A stretch of 63,462 bases of DNA, counting the filler, from Octopus bimaculoides (taxonomy: Eukaryota), in assembly GCF_001194135.2 (NCBI RefSeq). It is 7 parts of 7 records of this genome, joined end to end, with 100 filler letters (N's around TTAATTAATTAA, not from the genome) between each part and the next. Parts side by side here need not be neighbours in the genome. Positions count along the whole stretch, not along the records: positions 51,695 to 61,495 come from NC_068983.1; positions 61,596 to 63,462 come from NW_026314936.1; 5 more parts are not named here. One strand, given 5' to 3'. Position 1 is the first letter of the stretch, and each line of letters opens with the position of its first letter. The notes below the pieces were generated by a model. That model was not told the origin of the DNA, did no database searches, and was given only the letters and a program-made list of their open reading frames with translations. Shown here piece after piece: positions 54,152 to 63,462 of this stretch. The translations under genes were made by a program, and so were the position numbers.

Positions 54152-54744
54152 ATACGCATAGACATATATTATTACGCATAGAGAGAACAGTCTTTTTTTA
54201 ATGTTTCATTAAATACAAGACTATGTTCAAGTCTTATCTTTTTCATTTTATATTCTTCAAAATTTTCTTATTACATTTTTACACTTCCTAAATCCATACC
54301 CGACGCTTATAACCCTCCAGAGTCTCATTATGAAGAATACAGTTGAATATATTTGGCATTTGTGTTGTTTCATATATATTGATCGGATTCGGATAGACTT
54401 TCGCGCCACAGATTTTTTTTAGCCGTTATTACTATGCATCAGCTGCCACATTTTGATAATTTTGGTTTCTATACTTCCGATCTCTTTCGTTGGTGTTTGG
54501 ATTGGCCGTTCGAGCAATCTCCTCCGGAATTCCGTCGTAGATTTTTCATTTTAGTTGTTATATCGTGCGATTTTACGTTTGTATTTATGGGAAAGTGCTT
54601 TTCTGTTATGCATGTTTCATTAAATATATAACTTGTGGTCACGTTTTATCTTGGCTGTATGAATCCACTCAGTATGTAAGAAGCAACGCGAACGCTATAT
54701 ATATATATATAATTGAATTATTGATGAGACTTTGTGTGTGTGTA

Positions 54745-54789
<45 letters not shown>

Positions 54790-54793
<4 letters not shown>

Positions 54794-54970
54794 ACATGAC
54801 CTAGTAAAGGTTTTGCACCCAAGATCGCGAGATCATGATTTCAATTCTTGAACTGGCTGGTGCGTTGTTTTCTTAAGTTAAACACTTCGTCCCATGTTGC
54901 TCTGCGATCGTTTCTACACTGACGTATGGTACACCATACATCTCTTCAGAGAACGTCAGTTTCATGAAGG
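54790..54970 (+). mobile_element. Degenerate tRNA-derived SINE
   Basis: gagcacatgacctagt...aagatcgcgagatcatgatttcaattc head followed by a body similar to family C. Confidence 0.5.
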
Positions 54971-57900
54971 GAGTGAAATCATTTGTGCAGGTCGTTCCGC
55001 TGAACCTAAACTCATACGTCGCATTCGATGGGAGATTCTACCACACACACGCGCGCACACACATACATATACACACACATATGTTATTGTTATTAATTGC
55101 ACACACATACACACTTATATAATCACATATTTGTACGTGCGGGACTAATACACTTGTGTATCTCAAAGCTGAGCTATGACAGCGAAACCATCAGCATAAT
55201 CAAGCCCAGAAAGATACAAGCTCTGCTGATATCTTGATCCCTTCTGCTTGATGGTGAGGTCTTTGTCTTGGATAAGATCAAGATTTTGCCAAAGGATGTA
55301 GTCCACATCAACAACCACAAAACAGGTTGTTTTGCTGGCCACTATTATTGTGTTGAAAATCAGGTCATATGGAATGCTATATTTTGGAGATTTCAGTAAC
55401 CCAAATGATGACGACGTTCACTCAACTGCATTAACAGCTAATTGCAGAAAAACATGTTAAAATATAGGGCATAACAAAGCTAATGAGGAAGAGAAATTTC
55501 TAGCGCGACGTGTTGAAACGCATTTCAATTGCCTACAAAGAAGAGGTCTATTTTCTGCCTTTTAACACTAGAATTAAACCAGAATCTTTAGATAATTAAT
55601 TGACTTTCCTATCTCTCTTTAATACTTATTCACTGTCGCAAGAACCAAAATTATGAGTGATCTAGTTATTACGACAAGCTTGTCAATCATGTGGTTTCTA
55701 GTTCAGTCCTACTGAGCGACACGTTGGGAAAGTTACATTGTTGCTTTCTTTACTGAAATTTACGATGAAATGAAACTATAGGTATGCAACTGATTCGGTT
55801 GACAGAAGCTAAAATGTATACACATATTCATATTGTGCATTTATTTAATGATAATATCAGCAGAGTTCCGTGTCATTACTACCCACATTTAGAATGTTCA
55901 AATCCTGTTTCACCAATATAATCTTTGTTGGGATTTCTGACGAATACTAAATGTGTGTATCGTTCAGTTGTCAAATGTCCCTTTTATATTTATTAATTTT
56001 TTAAATTTTTTTTAGAAAAGACGATCTTTTATATTCAGACTTATCTGTCTTTCTCCTCTGTGATTGGAAAGGACGCTATGCATCTTTTCTATGGCAGAAA
56101 TTTATTCCGAATATAACTTACTTATCAGTGACATGTAAATTCTAACAATGATTAAAATACTTCAAGAAATGCCTGGAACAGTTAATATTATGCTTTATAA
56201 CTATGTAGAATTAAGTATAGTTCCCTCTGGAGTTTGCATAAGTTTAAAAATATATGGCTAATTTTGAGTCAGCATTAAAAAATTGCAAAAATACAAAAAT
56301 CTCAAAGATTTTCATTTATTTGTGTAGATGGATTTTAACGAAATTCTCCGCCATATTACAACTAAGTGATTATTTCTACATACTTGTATTGAAAGAATTT
56401 TACATTCCTAGAATACATGAAGTTCTTGGCTCCTGGCAATTGTTTAAATTTCTTTCAATTGANNNNNNNNNNNNNNNNNNNNNNNNNNNNNNNNNNNNNN
56501 NNNNNNNNNNNNNNNNNNNNNNNNNNNNNNNNNNNNNNNNNNNNNNNNNNNNNNNNNNNNNNNNNNNNNNNNNNNNNNNNNNNNNNNNNNNNNNNNNNNN
56601 NNNNNNNNNNNNNNNNNNNNNNNNNNNNNNNNNNNNNNNNNNNNNNNNNNNNNNNNNNNNNNNNNNNNNNNNNNNNNNNNNNNNNNNNNNNNNNNNNNNN
56701 NNNNNNNNNNNNNNNNNNNNNNNNNNNNNNNNNNNNNNNNNNNNNNNNNNNNNNNNNNNNNNNNNNNNNNNNNNNNNNNNNNNNNNNNNNNNNNNNNNNN
56801 NNNNNNNNNNNNNNNNNNNNNNNNNNNNNNNNNNNNNNNNNNNNNNNNNNNNNNNNNNNNNNNNNNNNNNNNNNNNNNNNNNNNNNNNNNNNNNNNNNNN
56901 NNNNNNNNNNNNNNNNNNNNNNNNNNNNNNNNNNNNNNNNNNNNNNNNNNNNNNNNNNNNNNNNNNNNNNNNNNNNNNNNNNNNNNNNNNNNNNNNNNNN
57001 NNNNNNNNNNNNNNNNNNNNNNNNNNNNNNNNNNNNNNNNNNNNNNNNNNNNNNNNNNNNNNNNNNNNNNNNNNNNNNNNNNNNNNNNNNNNNNNNNNNN
57101 NNNNNNNNNNNNNNNNNNNNNNNNNNNNNNNNNNNNNNNNNNNNNNNNNNNNNNNNNNNNNNNNNNNNNNNNNNNNNNNNNNNNNNNNNNNNNNNNNNNN
57201 NNNNNNNNNNNNNNNNNNNNNNNNNNNNNNNNNNNNNNNNNNNNNNNNNNNNNNNNNNNNNNNNNNNNNNNNNNNNNNNNNNNNNNNNNNNNNNNNNNNN
57301 NGTGTGTGTGTGTGTGTATGTGCGCGCACGCGTATGTGTGTGTGTACCATATTCAAATTCACTCATAGAAGAAATCACTTGTCCAAGGTACCGTGCAGTA
57401 GGACTGAACCTGAAACCAGCGGTTATAAAGCGAGCTTCTTAACCTCATATCCTTGCCTGTACTGAAAGATCTTTCTAAGCAATTCCCTTGCAAGTTTTTC
57501 CATCATTCGTCTATTTTGATAAAAGTTCACTCATTCAGTTGGGGTGACCGTACGTGTACTTACTGCAAATTTGCTTTTATTTGGGGGCTGCAGGCATGAT
57601 ATTTCTGGTTTTAAGCCGGCACTCGCCCTTAGGCAGTACTGTGTACAATACTGACAAAGGGTCAGAACTGGGAGAAGTTCAGAAACAGGTTAGACTTGAG
57701 AAGAGTGCTCAATGTCTCACAGACATGCATTTGAGGCTCTAAATTATATTTTACAAAATCTAAGAGATATCACTAACAACACGGGTGGAGTCTAGCGCTC
57801 TAGCATTTCCACCAACATACAACCATGAGTGGGTACTTTATTTATCGACCCGGGTAGGATGAAAGGCGAAGTTGATTCTGGCAAAATTTGAAGAACACAA

Positions 57901-59094
57901 ACAACAAGGAAAAGATCAAATCTCACTTTTCTAAGCACTTCATTTCCAAAAATATCAAGAATTTATCAATGTCATTGAAATTTTCAAAACTAAATAAGAA
58001 ACTAAATTGTAAAATGTGTCAACCTTTTGATAAAGCAATATTAATTAAAAACAACCCAAAATTATCAAAATTATTAACATGTCACAAGATGCATAACAAT
58101 TAGCAAACGACATATGATTTTAAAATTATGACATTAAATGAGCGAATATTTTCTTGAAGCTCCATCATATTGTTAGCAGGAGGTAGATTTCATGCAAATC
58201 ATGAAATGAAAGGAACACGTATTTAGTTGAATTAATACAGCGTGATATTTTTATTATTTTGTAATTTGCGAAATAATGCTTAGCTTTTTCAGAAAGATAT
58301 TTTTAACAATGTCCTTTTTTTAAATTTATTTATCATGTTTTAAATATGCAAAAATCCAGGAAACACGATTTTTAAAAGTTAAGAGTCTTCGAATGCTGAA
58401 AATTGTATTACTCAAATATTCGATATGGACGGTAAGAATATGGAAATAAAATGTTACTTGAGTACATTTAACAGAAATATCAGCCTAATATGGAATTATT
58501 ATAGGATTAGCATATAAAATTTAAATCATTATGTCAAACAGCTTAACACTATAATGTCATAATTTCATATTTATAAAATTCAAATGTTATTGTCTATTTT
58601 TTCCAATAGTTTTGTAGGGTTGATTTTTCTAAGTTGATGCAGTTGGTAACCTTAAGAACACTTTGAGCCCGAATAAATTAAATATATTAGAAAGCGATTT
58701 CCTTTGATCTAGTTACCCACAAATAATCTATTATCTACTACCTCACCAATTTATTGGTAACAAGCAAAAGATCATACTCAGGAATACCAGCCGCTAACCG
58801 TAAATGCGCGCGCACACACACGTCGCACGCGCATTGCTGATATTGTTTCTTCATTACAAAGTTCACACATGCGACCTTACGTTTTATCAAAGGAAACATT
58901 ATAACATTTCTTTTCCTTTCAACTATGCTCTGTTTTTAAACTTACGTAACTTGAGTTTACATAAATTTGAACTTATAATGGACCCTAGAAGCTAAATACT
59001 TTAAATAACAATTTCATTATTACTTTGTGGGTGGGAAGATATGGACTTTTGTATGTGCATACGTGCTTGCGTGTGTGTATGCGCGCGCGTGTGC

Positions 59095-59147
<53 letters not shown>

Positions 59148-59479
59148 TGTAAATAATAGTTGTAGCTTTTATCCAATTTATTCGTAGCTATTATTATAGG
59201 TCAAGAGTTTTGCGAGAAAACTCATTCAATATTTAAGACATCTATCAAGATATTCCAGTAATCGATTCTTCGCTCTCAGTTCTTTATCATCTAAAGTAAT
59301 GTATCAATATTGATTTTTTTCACCAAATTAATTGTTACTGTTTGATGCAACATGTTTATTACGAGAAACAACTTATCCTCAGTATAATACATAAAACTTC
59401 GATTAAATTCTCATAATTCAAGAGTAAATCTGTTTCAAAGTAGCAAAGAACAGATATGACAGTGAAGATTATTTATTTC

Positions 59480-61330
59480 GATACGATTTTAAACAACTCC
59501 CACATTCATTTCGTATTAATTCAGTCGCTGCAGAAACTATATCTTTCGCAACACTCAGCACCTTATTTCATTCACCTTATTTCATTCCCTTGTTTCATTC
59601 CCTCACAGCTATTCCAAAAACTATCCATCTCTTTCTCAACAAGAAATACAATACACACTCACATTCTATATAATACCGCCACCCTCAGACTCTAGCACTT
59701 TAAATCATATGAGTGATTGAAGTCCACCAAAATTATACCAGGTATCCTTGGCAGCCAATGTGCTTTACTGCTAAGTCACCAAAAAACAGCTAGACGAGTT
59801 TATGGCACTATCCTTCAAAGCTTGCCCTACCACATATCACACATATAGTAATGTCCCAACTCCCTAGGTGATTCATTCATAGCTGCGCTGTACTTGTTCA
59901 AACAAAAAAAATGTACACCTTGGAGAAACTCACCCTTTCCAAAAATCTAGACGGCGTTTACCCAGATATGCACCTCTTACGAGACCACCACCCAATCACG
60001 AAAGATGACTTCGCGTTCTTTACAACCCTCAAACTACCCAGCTTCCCATACTGCAGGCGAACTTTCTTGTCTTTTGCTTATAAAATTTTCAACTTTTGAA
60101 TACTCTTTTTCCATACTTCTCAACAATAACTCTTTGAACAGTAATCCCACTGCAAAAGCTTCCACCTTCGCTGCCTAATTTGGGTCCAATTGTATATTGC
60201 TCATATTAGGCAAATCCTCTCCCTTCCATTTCACTAACTCCTCTACCTTTTATACATATGCACAGAGAGCGAAAATGCCATTGGTCGCTTCAAATTAATT
60301 ATCCCTGATAATTCCCCTTCTTTATCACTCAACCATTGCGCCTCAAAATATGCTTCTATACGCGTATTCATCAAACTACTCGGTCTATATAGAGATATGA
60401 CCTGATCGTTGTAATCACGCTATTCTGTGTGCCATTTCCAAGGAAAGCAAATCCTTTGACCTTGTCAACTATTATTTTGCAGCACTAACTTCCAATTTCT
60501 CTAAGATAATGAAGTTAACCATTAACGATGACATTCTCCAATAGTTCAATACTCTGTCTATTTATCAGCCACCTGTGTATTTTCCATAAAGTGAGATCCA
60601 CTGGTGACCTATTCTCCTGTATCGCCCATTTGTGGGCCATCATCTTAAAAATAATTCATTGGAAACAATGTCATCGCTCTCAGCATCAGTAAAGCTTTCG
60701 AATATGTCTGAAATATCAACTTCCTATTGATACTGTCTGCCTATGGGCTCCATCTGATTTATTCATTTCTTGGACCAGTAACTCCCAATTGGCTAACATT
60801 ATAGTGGCGTGTGTTGACAGAGCTCTTTTTACTCTGCATCTTATTAAGTCTGGTGTGTACTAGCGTTTTGTATTTTGTATTTATCTGCCTTCTTTACATC
60901 AAAGGTCACTTGCCGTCATATCCAACATCGTCTGCTCTTTTGCAGATTATACCCTTTCTTCCTCCTTAACCTTTCTCAATCATGCATCATTCAACTAAGT
61001 ACCCGACGTCAAACTCTGCACAGATCCCATAAACGGAGAATGGCGCCATCTCAATCTTCTCCCTTTCAGCAGATAGAAAACACAAATACCACTCATATCA
61101 AGAAAATATCGTTGTACCACTTACATAGTCTTACTCACGTGCCGAATCCATCTAAAACCTTCACGATTGCTTCACACATTAGACCTCATTATCACCGAGT
61201 ATAATGGCAACTTTTTCGTATCCGAAGATCTAAGGATAAGCCGCACACCCTCAAATGGCTATACAACCTGATCCTTGGCGCTGCTCGGCTTTTCTCCCAA
61301 CCTGCGCTCTTTGTAGTTTTTAACTGAGAG
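59480..61330 (+). mobile_element. Decayed CR1-like (APE-type) LINE
   Basis: RT remnants: KSFDLVNYYFAALTSNFSKIM; KVRSTGDLF; VIALSISKAFEYV(W); KSGV; FADY in place of YADD. Confidence 0.7.
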
Positions 61331-61595
61331 TTTGTTTGCGTATTTGAGTACTACTATTTTAATAGCTAAAAAGAACTTGAAACCATGGTTCGGAAAATAG
61401 ATGGTAAATGTTTTTATTTTTCATTCCCTTTCAAAATTATCCCTAATTGTGGCTCGGAGTTTTTACTGCTCCTTCTAGCGGGTTAGATGTCCTATNNNNN
61501 NNNNNNNNNNNNNNNNNNNNNNNNNNNNNNNNNNNNNNNTTAATTAATTAANNNNNNNNNNNNNNNNNNNNNNNNNNNNNNNNNNNNNNNNNNNN

Positions 61596-61631
<36 letters not shown>

Positions 61632-62823
61632 TGTTTGCATGTGTGTCTGTGAAATTATACGAAATGATATATACATAGAAAAAGGAATAATAACTGTAGC
61701 GTATGAATACAGCAACTATTGTAAATAGTCCTTGGCTGCACAGATTGCGTAATTCTAAAATATACGACGGAAATAAGTCCCTTATAAATTATATTAAATA
61801 CTACAAATAACAAGTGGTGAAACGTTAACATCAATGACGCAAACAAAAATTAGGCTGAAACATATAACAAATTCAATATAAACTTTTAAAAAGAAACGAG
61901 AAAATACACGTATGACACACGTTTCACAAAATGTAATGATTTTGACGTAACGTCTGGCTAATGTCGGTTATGTTACATAATAGAAGGAAGAGGTGCGGAC
62001 AGTGTGTTCGTTATAATTCTCATCTCCCCACTCTCACTGTTTTGTTCTTTCTATCCTCGGCCTTAACGTTCGGTGTACTTCTAACGCGCGCAAACTCATT
62101 CACCACGAATCCATTTAACGACATAACCAAATTTAGGAAAATCGACTTATTTATACATGTAGATATCCATTTATTCTTGCAAAGTTTATATATATATACA
62201 TATAAATATATATATATATATATATAAATATATATATNNNNNNNNNNNNNNNNNNNNNNNNNNNNNNNNNNNNNNNNNNNNNNNNNNNNNNNNNNNNNNN
62301 NNNNNNNNNNNNNNNNNNNNNNNNNNNNNNNNNNNNNNNNNNNNNNNNNNNNNNNNNNNNNNNNNNNNNNNNNNNNNNNNNNNNNNNNNNNNNNNNNNNN
62401 NNNNNNNNNNNNNNNNNNNNNNNNNNNNNNNNNNNNNNNNNNNNNNNNNNNNNNNNNNNNNNNNNNNNNNNNNNNNNNNNNNNNNNNNNNNNNNNNNNNN
62501 NNNNNNNNNNNNNNNNNNNNNNNNNNNNNNNNNNNNNNNNNNNNNNNNNNNNNNNNNNNNNNNNNNNNNNNNNNNNNNNNNNNNNNNNNNNNNNNNNNNN
62601 NNNNNNNNNNNNNNNNNNNNNNNNNNNNNNNNNNNNNNNNNNNNNNNNNNNNNNNNNNNNNNNNNNNNNNNNNNNNNNNNNNNNNNNNNNNNNNNNNNNN
62701 NNNNNNNNNNNNNNNNNNNNNNNNNNNNNNNNNNNNNNNNNNNNNNNNNNNNNNNNNNNNNNNNNNNNNNNNNNNNNNNNNNNNNNNTGTTTATATATAT
62801 GTATATATATAAATATATATAAA

Positions 62824-62863
<40 letters not shown>

Positions 62864-62907
62864 AACATGTAGGAATATGCACGTGTACGTGTATATGTTT
62901 GTAGGCA

Positions 62908-62941
<34 letters not shown>

Positions 62942-63462
62942 TATAAATGATACTGTTTCCAGTATGCTTATATGGCTAACTGTATTCACGAACGCACACC
63001 CGCAAACATCCAGACAAACGCACACAAACGCACACACACATATATACATACGCACACGCGCACACATACACAAACACGCATCCACACACAATTCTTATAT
63101 AATATATATTCTGTAGATTGGAACATTAAAAATATTGTATGTTTCACATCTAATATTGAAGAAATATATCTGAAACCTTACATGTATTTAGCGATTTTAT
63201 TTCGCAATATTTCGTAGATTAGATATAGATTTTTACATAAGGAAAGATATTTTAAAGATATACAATTTGTGAAAAGCCATACACACATATTTTCAATAAA
63301 GCCATAACAGGCATACATACACACAAAACACACACACACACACACACGCACATACACACATACATATACACACATACATATACGTAAACGTTCATACAGA
63401 CACACGCGTATATATATGTATGCTTGTATGTGTGTGTGTAAGTATGTATACATACATATATA

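Noticed and set aside
54200-54660. Possible upstream continuation of the second Penelope family
   Set aside because: Only faint HKLY/FN similarity; not supportable by eye.

Overview
AT-rich eukaryotic (animal) draft-assembly window with many N gaps. It is dominated by microsatellites (AT, AC, AGAT, ATAC, AG, AAT, AAC, GAT, AAG) and decayed transposons. These include RTE, CR1-like and R4/Dong LINE fragments, a near-complete Penelope element (RT YIDD plus GIY-YIG) and several Penelope terminal repeats with minimal hammerhead-ribozyme motifs. There are also at least four tRNA-type SINE families, a mariner fragment and MITE-like palindromes. The repeat landscape resembles octopus/coleoid cephalopod genomes (inference, not verified). 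Nearly all ORFs in the supplied track are microsatellite or N-gap artefacts. No rRNA, tRNA gene or CRISPR array was found. Splice-site reading suggests a plus-strand gene of unknown function built from small phase-1 exons (32235-32291, 42187-42282, 45613-45651, 48708-48831, possibly starting at 2958). It carries an in-frame TGA in a C-x-x-TGA context that is followed by a phase-compatible splice. A divergent signal-peptide-like first exon lies at 1345 on the minus strand. All gene models are by-eye hypotheses needing RNA-seq. Coordinates of decayed elements are approximate.
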